Assembly: GCA_963826115.1 (NCBI GenBank)
Contig: CAWGVS010000005.1
Coordinates: 320,001-384,000 of the forward strand
DNA: 64,000 nucleotides
Direction of reading: 5' to 3'
Source: an uncultured Candidatus Rokubacteria bacterium
GTDB taxonomy: Bacteria; Methylomirabilota; Methylomirabilia; Rokubacteriales; DASRDR01
The translations under genes and the position numbers were made by a program. Positions 28,450 through 38,682 of this stretch are shown piece after piece (position 1 is the stretch's first letter; each line of letters begins with the position of its first letter). The notes under the pieces were generated by a model, which searched no databases, was not told the DNA's origin, and worked only from the letters and a program-made list of their open reading frames with translations.

Positions 28450-29452
28450 TTACGCGACGCCCGGCGTCTCGGCGAGTTGTCCGATCTCGCAGAGCGGCTC
28501 ACCGGCGGTGACCGGCGGCGTGCTCACGACGTACACCACCTCGCCGGCGAACGGCGCGCGTACCTCGTGGAGGACGGCGCCGAAGGCGTCCGTCAGCCGG
28601 CCGAGGAGCCGTCCCGTCGACACGGACTGCATCTTCTCGACCACCGGGTGCCAGACCCCGGTTACCGGTGCCCGCAGGACCTCCGCGCGCGTGATCCACA
28701 CGGGGTGCGTGACGCGCGCGGACGGCCCATCCATGATCCCGAGGTGCGCCAGGAGGGACCGGGCGCCCGCCTCGTGGGCCGCGACCGACGGTTCGTCCGT
28801 CAGCCCCATGCCGCCCGACTCGGCGGTGATCGCGGGCTTGCCGCGGGTGATGGCGGTGTTGGCGGTGAAGCTGCTCGCGGCCGGGTCCTTCGGCCGTCCC
28901 CGGTCGACCAGGATGTGCTCGAGGCCGTAGGCGAGCGCGAGCTCGCGCGACCCCGCGTCGACGGCGGCGCTCCCGCCCACGATCCAGTAACTGTACGGGC
29001 GGAGGGACTCGTTGCCGTCGCCGCAGTGCATGTCGGCGAGGTGCGTGCACGGGTCGATGACCTCGCGCGTGATGGCGAACGCCATCCGGTCGCTCACCGT
29101 GCCGTCGGCCTTCCCCGGATAGACGCGGTTCAGGTTTTTTCCCGTCGGGGCTGTAGTAGACCCGGCGCCCGTAGAACGCGGGCGGATTCGCCATGTGGAC
29201 CAGGATCGCCGCGCCCCGCATCCGCGCGGGCTCGAGGCGCGGCCGGAGGCGCTGGAGCGCGAGGATCGAGGTGTACTCCGAGCCGTGCGTCCCGGCGACC
29301 AGGGCGAGGACCGGCCCGGGGGCGGCGCCGTTGGCGACCGTGACCGGGATTCGCGTGCCCGGGTCGACGCCGTCCGGCACCTCGATCCAGCCGGACGCCA
29401 TGTGGCCGGGGTCGGCGGTCGCGCTTCCAACGGTGAGGGGCGTGGGGGTCAT
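28450..29452 (-). pseudogene. Succinylglutamate desuccinylase/aspartoacylase (M14) family, split by a +1 frameshift
   Basis: N-half (AGTHGSEY) in ORF 28499..29590 and C-half (NLNRVYPG, DMHCGD, biotinyl-like tail) in ORF 28450..29430. The frames switch at a 6-nt A run (29135-29140). May be a sequencing error. Confidence 0.85.
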
Positions 29453-29598
29453 CGGTCGCTCTCCTTCTCGTCCGGTCCGGGATGGCCGCGGCGCCGCGGC
29501 GGGGCCTCCATCGTGCCTCGGCTCCGCGGCGCGCGCCACCCTGGCCGGGACGAATCCGCGGGCTTGACGCGGAAGGGCCGGCGACGACACTGGAGCGG

Positions 29599-30582
29599 AT
29601 GCCCGGCCAGGCGCCCGAGGACGAGCCCGAGCGTCGACGCCCGCTGTGGCGGATCGGGCAGGGGTGGCGGCGCGGCCGGCGCCAGGTCTCGCCGTGGACG
29701 CTCGGCGGCCTCTCGGTCAAGCAGCTCGCGAGCCTCGTGTGGGTGGAGATCCAGAAGGACGAGCTGCTCGACCGCGCGGCCGCGCTGTCGTATTACTTCG
29801 TGTTCGCGCTGTTCCCCACGCTCCTCTTCCTGACGACGCTCCTCGGGATGTTTCCCGGCCGGGACCTGATGGAGCGACTCCTCCAGACGGCACAGGACGT
29901 GCTCCCGCCCGACGCCGCCTCGCTGCTCCGGCGGACGCTCTCCGAGGTCCAGCAGGGCGCCGGCGGTCGCCTCCTCTCGGTGGGGGCGGCGGCGGCGCTC
30001 TGGGGCGCCTCGCGCGGGATGGTGTCGATCATCACGACGCTGAACGTCGTGTACGGGGTCACCAGCCGGCGCCCCTGGTGGCGAAGGCAGCTGGCGTCCA
30101 TCGTGCTCACCATGATCTTCTCGATCCTGGCGCTGGGCGCGCTCCTCTCGATCGTCTTCGGCGAGCGCGTGGGGCGCGCGATCGCGGTCTGGGCTGGATA
30201 CGGCTACGTGTTCACCGCGGTGTGGGAGCTCCTCCAGTGGCCCGTCGGCCTCCTGTTCGTCCTCACCGGGATCGACCTCGTCTACCACCTCGCGCCGGCG
30301 GTTCGCCAGCGCTGGTACTGGCTCACTCCCGGCTCGGCCTTCGCGGGGGTGGCGTGGACGGTGGTGTCCCTCGGCCTTCGCGCCTACGTCAACCAGTTCG
30401 CGAACTACAACGCGACGTACGGCTCGATCGGCGGGGTGATCCTGCTGCTCCTGTGGCTCTACCTCTCGGGGATGGCGCTCCTGATCGGCGGGGAGATCAA
30501 CTCGGAGATCGCGCGGGCCGCCGCCGCGCGCGGCGAGGAGATCGCGGTTCCCCTCGACGCGCCCGGCGACGGAGCTACTTGA
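29599..30582 (+). CDS. YihY/BrkB family inner membrane protein
   Basis: AAALSYYFVFALFP, YNATYGSIGGVILLLLWLYLS, GGEIN. Confidence 0.92.
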   Translation: MPGQAPEDEPERRRPLWRIGQGWRRGRRQVSPWTLGGLSVKQLASLVWVEIQKDELLDRAAALSYYFVFALFPTLLFLTTLLGMFPGRDLMERLLQTAQDVLPPDAASLLRRTLSEVQQGAGGRLLSVGAAAALWGASRGMVSIITTLNVVYGVTSRRPWWRRQLASIVLTMIFSILALGALLSIVFGERVGRAIAVWAGYGYVFTAVWELLQWPVGLLFVLTGIDLVYHLAPAVRQRWYWLTPGSAFAGVAWTVVSLGLRAYVNQFANYNATYGSIGGVILLLLWLYLSGMALLIGGEINSEIARAAAARGEEIAVPLDAPGDGAT

Positions 30583-31276
30583 CGATCTCGAGGAGCTCCA
30601 CCTCGAACACGAGCGTGGCGCCGGGCTTGATCCGGGGCGGCGCGCCGCGGTCGCCGTAGGCGAGGGCCGCCGGGCAGACGAGCCGGCTCTTGCCCCCGAC
30701 CTTCATCAGCTGCACGCCTTCGGTCCAGCAGGGGATCACGCCGTTCAGGGGGAACGTCGCGGGCTCCCCGCGCTGGACCGAGCTGTCGAACACGTGGCCG
30801 TCCGCGAGGGTGCCGTGGTAGTGGACCTTGACCCGATCGGTCGCCTTCGGCGACGGACCGGTGCCGGGCTTGATCGGCACGATGACGAGGCCCGACGCGG
30901 TCTTCGTCGCGCCCTTCTCGGCGGCCGCCTTGTCGAGCACCGCCTGCCCCGCCTTCTGCTCGCCCGCCGCCACCGCCACCGCCCGCGTGCGCTGGAGGTC
31001 CTGGATCTTCGTGCGGTAGGCCTGCAGGTCGACCTGGCGCGTGCGGTTCAGCACGCCGTCGGTGATGCCCGCCTTGACGAGCTCGAGCTCGGCCGGCGTC
31101 AGCACGAACTGCGTGAGGCTGTCGGCGACCGCGAGGCCGATCGCGTAGAAGGCCTTCTGCTCCTCGGTCTTGAGCTCGGGGCCGGACTGGGCGCCCGCCG
31201 GGAGGGCCACTCCCGCCGCCAGCGCGCCGAGGAGGGCCGCGGCCGCTCCGATCTGAAGGTGATGCCGTATCGTCAC
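30575..31276 (-). CDS. FKBP-type peptidyl-prolyl isomerase (FkpA-like, exported)
   Basis: VHYHG, FDSS, VIPCWTEG, LAYG, FEVELL, signal peptide. Confidence 0.95.
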   Translation of the reverse strand: MTIRHHLQIGAAAALLGALAAGVALPAGAQSGPELKTEEQKAFYAIGLAVADSLTQFVLTPAELELVKAGITDGVLNRTRQVDLQAYRTKIQDLQRTRAVAVAAGEQKAGQAVLDKAAAEKGATKTASGLVIVPIKPGTGPSPKATDRVKVHYHGTLADGHVFDSSVQRGEPATFPLNGVIPCWTEGVQLMKVGGKSRLVCPAALAYGDRGAPPRIKPGATLVFEVELLEIVK

Positions 31277-31328
31277 GTTGGTGTCCTTTCGTAGGAGATT
31301 CGCGAGACTCGCCCGGCCGCCGGTCCGG

Positions 31329-32081
31329 TCAGGAGCGCGGGAACGCGCCCAGGAACTCCTTGGTTCCGGGCGCGAGGACCGCGGCGAGTCCCACGTAGAG
31401 GAACAGCGCGCCGATGTCGAGGTAGTGGCGGACGGTGGCCGGCGTCGAGAGGACGCCCGGCGCCTTGCCGGCCGCGCGGATCCGCTTGATCGCGTCGTCC
31501 ATGGCGGACTTCACCTCGGGGTGGTCCATCTGGCCCGGGTGGCCCATCGACTGGGCGAGGTCGCCGGGGGCCACGAAGAAGACGTCGATGTGCTGGGTCT
31601 TCAGGATGTCGTCGAGGTTGTGGAGCGCCTCGACCTCCTCCAGCATGACGACGACCATCGTCTCCTCGTTCGCGCGGCGCGTGAAGTCGTGCATCTTCTC
31701 GCCGAACGCCGCCCGGCCGCCCGCGAAGCCCCGGTGTCCGATAGGGGAGAACTTCGCGTGGCGGACGACTGCCTCCGCCTCGGCCCGCGTGTTGATGTGC
31801 GGGATCTGAACGCCGCCGGCGCCGCGGTCGAGGGCGCGCGTGATCGTGGACGGGTCGTGGCTCTGCACCCGGACGATCGGCGTGACGTCGCACAACTCGG
31901 CCGCCCGCACCATGTCCTCGACCGCGTCCCAGCTCGCGGGCCCGTGCTCGCAGTCGATGAAGATAACGTCGTACCCCGCGCGCCCCAGCAGCTCGACGAG
32001 CCCGCCGCTGCTGTAGGTGGGGGCGACCACGCTCACCGGCTTCCCGGCGGCCAACTTCCGCTTCGCGCTGTTGTTCCTCAC
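31329..32081 (-). CDS. HpcH/HpaI aldolase family
   Basis: IDCEHG, ALDRGAGG, GHRG, MLEE, APGDL. Confidence 0.9.
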   Translation of the reverse strand: MRNNSAKRKLAAGKPVSVVAPTYSSGGLVELLGRAGYDVIFIDCEHGPASWDAVEDMVRAAELCDVTPIVRVQSHDPSTITRALDRGAGGVQIPHINTRAEAEAVVRHAKFSPIGHRGFAGGRAAFGEKMHDFTRRANEETMVVVMLEEVEALHNLDDILKTQHIDVFFVAPGDLAQSMGHPGQMDHPEVKSAMDDAIKRIRAAGKAPGVLSTPATVRHYLDIGALFLYVGLAAVLAPGTKEFLGAFPRS

Positions 32082-32257
32082 CGGTGCTCCTTTGTGGGAT
32101 CAGGTTTCGGATCGTTCAACATTACGCCCTCTTGGCTGGTGGCGCGCCGGATTGTTGGGGGGGCGCCTGCCCTGGCCGCCATGCTCGCGGGGCTCGGAGA
32201 ACGCGCCGAGCCGGTGCGATCTCGGATTGAACGCCGGCGGCGCCGTTGGCCGATTGC

Positions 32258-33301
32258 TCACGCTCCGATGGAGGGGAGGCCGTAGAGGGCCCGCGCGTTG
32301 TCGTCGAGGATCTTCGCGACGACGTCCTGGCTCACCTGGCCGTGCGCTTTCAGGTGACGCAGCGCGCCGAGATCGGTTGCCGTGTGCTCGTGCCCGTAGT
32401 CGGTGCCGATGACCAGGTTGTCCTCGCCCGCGTACTTGAGGACGTAAGGGAGGTCGTCGTCCGTCTGGCACGTCACGAACAACCGGTTGTCCCGCAGCGC
32501 GGTGAACCGGTCGAAGGCGTCCCCGGGCCGTCGCTCGGCGCGTCGGGCAAGATCGTGGAGCGCGGCCGGGATCCACTGCGCCGCCGCCTCGATGAAGCCG
32601 ACCCGGAGCCGTGGGAACCTCGCCGGAATGCGCGCGGAGAGGATGGAGTGGAACGCGCTGATCACGGAGAGTTTCGCCCGAGAGTAGCCGTCCTCCCTGC
32701 CGAAGAGATCCTGCCAGGCGAAGCTGTTGTTTCCGGCATGGATCCCGAGAGGCACGTCGAGGTCCGAGGCCGCGGCATAGAGCGGAAAGAAGTACGGATT
32801 GTCGAGCGTCATGTCGTGCTCGATTCCGTTCAGGAAGACGGCGCACGCGCCGCGCTCTCGCGCCAGCGCGAGCTCCTGGAGGGCACTGTCCATGCTCGAC
32901 AGCGGCAGGACGGCCGCCCAGCGCAGGCGGCCCTTGCCGCGGCTCCAGACGTCCGCGAGCCAGCGGTTGTAGCTTTGGCAGAGCGCGAGCTCGACCTCGG
33001 GCCGCCGGGTCAGCGGTCGCAGGAAGACCGTCGGATAGAGGACCTGGAGGTCGATGCCGAGCTCGTCCATGTGCCGGAGCCGCGCGTCGACATCCGTCAA
33101 TTCCCGCGATGCCTGGGGCGTCTCCTGCCCCTCGGCGAGGACCGGGTAGGGTCGTCCATCGAACATCCAGTAGCGTCGGGGTGGGACGTGACCGTTCCGT
33201 TCCGTGACGAGCGTCGGCATCAGAGAGCGGGCCGAGCGCTCGACGTACGTCCAGGTGTGCTGGTTTTCGACCGCGTGAGCATCGGAGTCGATCGCCATCA
33301 T
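32258..33301 (-). CDS. Amidohydrolase_2 family protein
   Basis: IDSDAH, DLQVLYPT, YNRWLAD, IHAG, GTDYGH. Confidence 0.88.
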   Translation of the reverse strand: MMAIDSDAHAVENQHTWTYVERSARSLMPTLVTERNGHVPPRRYWMFDGRPYPVLAEGQETPQASRELTDVDARLRHMDELGIDLQVLYPTVFLRPLTRRPEVELALCQSYNRWLADVWSRGKGRLRWAAVLPLSSMDSALQELALARERGACAVFLNGIEHDMTLDNPYFFPLYAAASDLDVPLGIHAGNNSFAWQDLFGREDGYSRAKLSVISAFHSILSARIPARFPRLRVGFIEAAAQWIPAALHDLARRAERRPGDAFDRFTALRDNRLFVTCQTDDDLPYVLKYAGEDNLVIGTDYGHEHTATDLGALRHLKAHGQVSQDVVAKILDDNARALYGLPSIGA

Positions 33302-33458
33302 CCTCGCTGCGCCTCCCGACGGCGGCGGTGGCGCCGGGCGGCGTCCGATGGCCACTCGGCGACCACCGGACCCGACCCGGCGCGCTTGACATGGTAGCGC
33401 GGGCGGATCATCGTCTCAGCGGGCTGTCGGCGTCCAGACTCCACGGAGCATCCGAGAG

Positions 33459-33482
33459 CCAGCGCACGTCCCAGCGCACGTC
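33459..33482 (+). repeat. 12-bp tandem duplication (CCAGCGCACGTC x2)
   Basis: Exact adjacent copies at 33459-33470 and 33471-33482, directly before the AAGGAAGG RBS. Confidence 0.85.
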
Positions 33483-33498
33483 AAGGAAGGGTACCATC

Positions 33499-34782
33499 GT
33501 GGACCGGTTGCCTCGCCCGGATCTGCTTCGGGCGGCCGCGGAGCTTCTTCCGGGCGGCGCCCTCCATCGGCGCCCGCTCCCGGACGAAGTCAACACCATC
33601 TTCGTCCGGGGTCGAGGAAGTCGGATCTGGGACGTCTCGGGCAAGGAGTACATCGACTATCTGATGGGCTCGGGCCCGATGATCCTGGGTCACGCGCACC
33701 CGGCGGTCAGCGAGGCGGTCAAGAATCGCATCGACATGGGGTGGCAGCTCCACCAGGTCACCGATGTGACGCTCGAGCTCGCCCGGCGGATCGTGGACGC
33801 CGTCCCGTGCGCCGAGTCGGTCAAGTTCACCACCACGGGCAACGAGGCCACCTACACCGCGCTCCGTCTGGCTCGGGCGCTCACGGGTAAGCGCAAGATC
33901 CTGAAGTTCGAGGGAGGTCTTCACGGGACGCACGACTACGCGGCCTGGAGCGTCAGGCCCATCGGTCCCCCGGCCTACCCGCTGGGCGAGCCAGACTCCG
34001 CCGGCATTCCGGACGTTCTTCGTGAGCACGTCCTGGTGGCACCGTTCAACGACGCGGAGCGGGCGGGCGCGCTGATTCGCCAGCACGCGTCCGAGCTCGC
34101 CGCCGTCATCGTCGAGCCGCTGATGCGAACGATAAGGCCTCGGCCCGACTTTCTCGCGGCACTGCGCGCGACCACCCGGGACTGCGGCGTGCTGCTCGTC
34201 TTCGACGAAGTCGTGACGGGCTTCCGGCTGGCGTGGGGAGGCGCGCAGCAACACTATCGTGTCACGCCGGACCTGGCGACGCTGGGGAAGGTCGTGGGCG
34301 GGGGCTTTCCGGTGGGGGTGGTGGTCGGTCCCCGAGCGCTCATGGCCAGATTGGGCGGCGCCAACGGAGGACATGATCGCGTGGTGAGCACGGGGACACA
34401 CTCGGGCAATCCGATCACCTGCGTGGCGGGGGTCGCCACGCTGCGCGAGCTCGAACGGCCCGGCACTTACGAGCGGCTCGAGCGCAGTGCCCAGCGCCTC
34501 CGGGCGGGCTTCCGCGAGGTGTGCGCTCGCCTCGGCGTACCCGCGCGGGTGATGGGCGAGGGGTCCATCGTCGGCCTTCTGTTCACGAGCCAGGAGGTCG
34601 TGGACTACCGGGGCACCCTGGAGTGCGATCGCGAGCTCGCAGGCAAGCTCGACGTTGAAATGATGAAACGTGGTGTCTTGCACTCGCCGGGCGGAAAGTA
34701 CTACGTGTCGACGGCCCATACCGAGGCGGATGTGGACCAGACGCTCGACATCTTCGAAGCTGCCCTCCGGGTCGTTCGCTAG
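33499..34782 (+). CDS. Class III PLP aminotransferase (glutamate-1-semialdehyde aminomutase-like)
   Basis: GKEYIDY, ILGHAHP, FDEVVTGFR, LGKVVGGGFP, GTHSGNP. Confidence 0.9.
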   Translation: MDRLPRPDLLRAAAELLPGGALHRRPLPDEVNTIFVRGRGSRIWDVSGKEYIDYLMGSGPMILGHAHPAVSEAVKNRIDMGWQLHQVTDVTLELARRIVDAVPCAESVKFTTTGNEATYTALRLARALTGKRKILKFEGGLHGTHDYAAWSVRPIGPPAYPLGEPDSAGIPDVLREHVLVAPFNDAERAGALIRQHASELAAVIVEPLMRTIRPRPDFLAALRATTRDCGVLLVFDEVVTGFRLAWGGAQQHYRVTPDLATLGKVVGGGFPVGVVVGPRALMARLGGANGGHDRVVSTGTHSGNPITCVAGVATLRELERPGTYERLERSAQRLRAGFREVCARLGVPARVMGEGSIVGLLFTSQEVVDYRGTLECDRELAGKLDVEMMKRGVLHSPGGKYYVSTAHTEADVDQTLDIFEAALRVVR

Positions 34783-34807
34783 CCCGCTCGCCACCAGGGC
34801 CGGGCCG

Positions 34808-36232
34808 GTGTCGAACCTACGACAGAACCTGTACCGGGTCGCCCATCGACTTGGCGGAGACCACCGCTTCGCCATACTCCGTGAGCTGCGCGCGAGCGAG
34901 GGCTGGGATCCTGAGCGGCTCCGACAAGCGCAGAGAGCTCGCCTCGCTTCGATCCTGCTGCATGCGTTCGAGCACGTGCCCTACTACCGGGCGCCGCTGA
35001 TCGAGAGCGGCGTCGTCGTCCCCGGGCGGCCGCCGCGGGTGATTGTCGACCGGCTCCCCACGCTTCCGGTGCTCGAGCGTTCGGCAATCCAGGCGCATCG
35101 CGACGCCCTCTGCGACGCTCGACCGCCGACCACCGGGAATCCGCGCTCCTTGCGACGCACGGGAGGCACGATGGGTGACCCCCTGTGGCTCGTGCAGGAC
35201 CACGTCATGAACGAGCATTCCGGAGCGGTGACGCTCTGGTTCGATGAGTGGAGTGGTCACGTGCTCGGCCAGCCGAAGGTCATCCTGTGGGGCGTCGGAG
35301 CGGACGGGCGGAACACGACCATGTCGGCGCGGCTGGGGCGGCTCTTGAAGAACGAGACGATCCTGCCGATCAATGCGCTGTCGGACGCGACCATGGACCG
35401 GTACCTGGCGCGTATCGCGCGCCGCCGTCCCTCCCAGATCCTCGGGTTTGCCGGGGCCGTGTATCAGGTAGCGCGCCACGCGGAGGCGACGGCCGCGCGA
35501 TTCACACCACCCCGGGTCGTGATGGTCTCGGCGGAGACGATGGTGGAAGGCCTGCGGGAAACGGTAGAGCGCGCGTTTCGAGCGCCAGTCGTCAACCGCT
35601 ACGGGACTCGTGAAGTGGGGGGCGTCGCCTGCGAGTGCCGTGAGCGGCGCGGGCTCCACGTGTCGGCCCTCACGCATCACGTCGAGGTCTTGCGGCCGGA
35701 CGGGAGCGCCGCCGAGCCCGGAGAGGTAGGGGATCTCGTCATCAGCTTGCTGACGAACTACTCGATGCCGCTCATCCGCTACCGCATCGGCGACCGGGCG
35801 GCGTTTCTGGCGGATGGGGCCCCGTGCCGGTGCGGGCGCGCCCTGCCCACGCTCGCCACCGTCGCGGGGCGGTCTCTGGACGCCTTCGTCCGGAGGGACG
35901 GTGTCTGGGTACACGGTGTCGACGTGAAGCGCTTCTATCATCGGATGCCCTGGATCCAGCAGTTCCAGGTGGTCCAGCTGGGGCTCGACCGAGTCCTGGT
36001 GCGTCTGGTCGACCGCGAGCGGGGACCCGAGGTCCTCGCCGCGCGGCGCGCCGACCTGGACGCCATTGGCGCGTATCTGCGCGAGCTCATGGGTGTCCGC
36101 TGCGAGGTGACCTTCGAGTTCGTCGCGGGGATCCCACGGGAGGCCTCGGGCAAGTATCGCCAGACCATGAGGGTGGAGCCCGCCGATCCCTCCGGACCGG
36201 CGCCGCGACCGCAGCCCGACGAGCGCGTCTAG
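34808..36232 (+). CDS. Phenylacetate-CoA ligase family (CapK-like) adenylate-forming enzyme
   Basis: HVPYYR, TGGTMGDP, YGTRE, PLIRYRIGD, CRCGR, SGKYR. Confidence 0.85.
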   Translation: MSNLRQNLYRVAHRLGGDHRFAILRELRASEGWDPERLRQAQRARLASILLHAFEHVPYYRAPLIESGVVVPGRPPRVIVDRLPTLPVLERSAIQAHRDALCDARPPTTGNPRSLRRTGGTMGDPLWLVQDHVMNEHSGAVTLWFDEWSGHVLGQPKVILWGVGADGRNTTMSARLGRLLKNETILPINALSDATMDRYLARIARRRPSQILGFAGAVYQVARHAEATAARFTPPRVVMVSAETMVEGLRETVERAFRAPVVNRYGTREVGGVACECRERRGLHVSALTHHVEVLRPDGSAAEPGEVGDLVISLLTNYSMPLIRYRIGDRAAFLADGAPCRCGRALPTLATVAGRSLDAFVRRDGVWVHGVDVKRFYHRMPWIQQFQVVQLGLDRVLVRLVDRERGPEVLAARRADLDAIGAYLRELMGVRCEVTFEFVAGIPREASGKYRQTMRVEPADPSGPAPRPQPDERV

Positions 36233-37359
36233 GCACCCCGCCGCGAATCCGCCAGAACGCGATCGTACGCGGCCTCGTGGGCGCGGACCATCGTCGAGAT
36301 CTGGAAGTGCTCGGTGACGTGCCGTCGCCCCGCGTTGCCCAGGGCCCGCGCCTCAGCCGGATTCGACAGGAGCCGCATCAGTCCGGCCTCCAGGGCGCCA
36401 GCGTCACCGGGCGGCACCAGGAGACCGGTCCGACCATCCACGATGGCCTCTCGCGTCCCGCCGGCATCCGTCGCGACGACGGGCCGGCCCGCCGCGAGCG
36501 CCTCCAGCACCGCGTTCGGGAAGCCTTCCCGGAGCGAGGCGTGCGCCACGACATCCGTCACGGCGAGCAGTGCCGGCACGTCGTGCCGCGCGCCGAGAAA
36601 GTGGACCGAGCTCCTTACGCCGAGCGCGGCCGCCCGGCTCTCGAGCTCGTCATGGAGAGGGCCGCCGCCCACCAGGAGCGCTCGAGACCGCGGTAGCGCG
36701 CGAACGACCGAGGTCCACGCCTGAAGGAATACCGCGTGTCCCTTGGATCGGCGGAGGTTCGCAATCACCGTGACGAGCGGCCCCGCCCCGGCGACGCCAA
36801 GCGAGTCCCGAAGCCGCGGATCAGGCGCGGCGTCGAAGCGTGAGCAGTCGACCCCGTTGTGAATGACGATGAGCCGGTCCTCGGCCAGGCCCTCGTCGCG
36901 CTTCACGGCATCGCGCACGGCGGCCGAGTTGGCGATCACGAGATGCGTCCACGCATTGGCGAGTCGGCGAAGCGCTCCGCGCCACGGAGGCGGCGGTCTC
37001 GCCAGGTTGAGGCGGCTGCCGACGACCGCGGGCACTCCGAGCAGGCGGCCACCGAGCGCGGCCGCGACGTTGCCCCAGTATAGGTGACCGTGGACGACGT
37101 CGGGCCGCACGCGGCGGAGGAGCCGCCACAAGCCCAGCAAGGCCCGGAGACGCCGAGGTCCCGAGGTGGCGGCGACGATCTCGACCGGCACTCCACGCGC
37201 GGCCAGCGTCGCCGCCAGCGGCCCGCCGCCGGCGAGACAGCAGACGGTTGGCTCGAACCGCGCGCGGTCGAGCCCGGACGCAAGCTCGACGAGCTGCGTC
37301 TCCGCGCCGCCGCGCTCGAGCGTGCCGATGACGTAGAGGATCCGCGTCCGCGGCGTCAT
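36229..37359 (-). CDS. Glycosyltransferase family 4
   Basis: GGAE, IHNGVD, KGH, EGFPNAVLEA. Confidence 0.92.
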   Translation of the reverse strand: MTPRTRILYVIGTLERGGAETQLVELASGLDRARFEPTVCCLAGGGPLAATLAARGVPVEIVAATSGPRRLRALLGLWRLLRRVRPDVVHGHLYWGNVAAALGGRLLGVPAVVGSRLNLARPPPPWRGALRRLANAWTHLVIANSAAVRDAVKRDEGLAEDRLIVIHNGVDCSRFDAAPDPRLRDSLGVAGAGPLVTVIANLRRSKGHAVFLQAWTSVVRALPRSRALLVGGGPLHDELESRAAALGVRSSVHFLGARHDVPALLAVTDVVAHASLREGFPNAVLEALAAGRPVVATDAGGTREAIVDGRTGLLVPPGDAGALEAGLMRLLSNPAEARALGNAGRRHVTEHFQISTMVRAHEAAYDRVLADSRRGA

Positions 37360-37372
37360 CGGCGGTGTCGTC

Positions 37373-38572
37373 TCACGCGGGAGTGACGGAGCGTTTCAGC
37401 CGTTCGTAGAGGGCTTCGTGGCGTTGGACCATCGCCTCGAGGCCGAACCGCTCGGCCACGCGGCGCCGTCCCGCCTCGCCGAGGGCCCGGGCCTCGGTCG
37501 GACGGGCAAGCAGGCGGGCCACGGCCTCGGCCAGGGCGCCGCTGTCTCTTGCCGGCACGAGTAGTCCGGTCTCCCCGTCGACAACCGCTTCCGGGGTTCC
37601 CCCGACCGAGGTGGCGACGACCGGCTTTCCCGCGGCCATGGCCTCGAGGACCGCGTTTGGGAATCCCTCCTCCAGGGAGGGATGCGCGACCAGGTCCACC
37701 AATGCCAGGATGGCCGGCACGTCGGACCGCGAGCCGAGGAGCCGTACCGATCCGTCAAGATCCAGTGCTCGGATCCGGCCGGTGAGCTCCTCGCGGAGTG
37801 GCCCGTCCCCGATGAGGATCGCCTGGGCTCTCGGGTGGGTGCCGCGCAGGCTTCTCCACGCGTCGAGGAAATATCTGTGACCCTTGTAGTCGAGGAGGTT
37901 CGCCGTCACGCCCACGAGGGGCGCGCCGGCATCGAGCCCGAGGCTCGCCCGGAGCGACGGGTCCGGCCTGCACCGGAAGCGCCGGAGATCCACGCCGTTC
38001 CGGATGATCGTGACACGCTCCGAGGCGATGCCTTCCGAGTGGAGGACCTGATGGCGGACCGCCTCGGAGTTCGCGATGACGAGATCGGTGGCCAGGTTGC
38101 CGAGTCGGGTCAGCGCGCGGTAGACGGGGTGCCGGGCCCGGGGGGGGCCGAGGTTGCGTCGGCTGGCGATGATCACCGGGACCCGTGCTGCCCGGGCAAC
38201 GCAGGCACCCAGGGTATAGCTCCAGTAGAGGAAGCCGTGCACGATGGCCGGTCGGTCACGCGTGAGGATCCGCCAGAGCCGCGCGAGTCCGCGCGCGAGC
38301 CCGGGCGTGGAGCTCAGGCCTTGCACGAAGCTGCGGGGCCGCTGGAGACCCACCACTTCGACCGGGACGTCATGCTCCCGGAGCACGAGCTCCAAGGGTC
38401 CTCCGGTTCCCAGGCAGTAGACGCGGGGCTCGAAGCGAGTCCGATCGAGTGCGAGCACGAGATCGGTGACCTGTCGTTCGGTCCCGCCGACCTCCAACCC
38501 GACCACGACATAGACGATGCGGATCGGCGCTGCCAGGCGCCCTCCGTCAGCGGTCGCCGCCCGAGTCGTCAT
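37373..38572 (-). CDS. Glycosyltransferase family 4 (paralog of its neighbour)
   Basis: GGTE, IRNGVD, KGH, EGFPNAVLEAMA. Confidence 0.92.
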   Translation of the reverse strand: MTTRAATADGGRLAAPIRIVYVVVGLEVGGTERQVTDLVLALDRTRFEPRVYCLGTGGPLELVLREHDVPVEVVGLQRPRSFVQGLSSTPGLARGLARLWRILTRDRPAIVHGFLYWSYTLGACVARAARVPVIIASRRNLGPPRARHPVYRALTRLGNLATDLVIANSEAVRHQVLHSEGIASERVTIIRNGVDLRRFRCRPDPSLRASLGLDAGAPLVGVTANLLDYKGHRYFLDAWRSLRGTHPRAQAILIGDGPLREELTGRIRALDLDGSVRLLGSRSDVPAILALVDLVAHPSLEEGFPNAVLEAMAAGKPVVATSVGGTPEAVVDGETGLLVPARDSGALAEAVARLLARPTEARALGEAGRRRVAERFGLEAMVQRHEALYERLKRSVTPA

Positions 38573-38682
38573 GGCCGTGTCGTGACGACCCTAGGTTCCC
38601 CGCGACGAGACTGTCAACGGTCTCGCCGGGACTTCGGCATTGCGGCAGTGGACGAGGGGGGACGTGATCGGGCTCCGATCCC

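Noticed and set aside
30575-30582. Convergent overlaps (yihY/FKBP 8 nt, ligase/GT4 4 nt)
   Set aside because: Common in compact genomes and carries no specific signal.
33499-34782. Assigning the symbol hemL
   Set aside because: Family motifs are present, but the context is not tetrapyrrole synthesis and the sequence looks like a divergent paralog.
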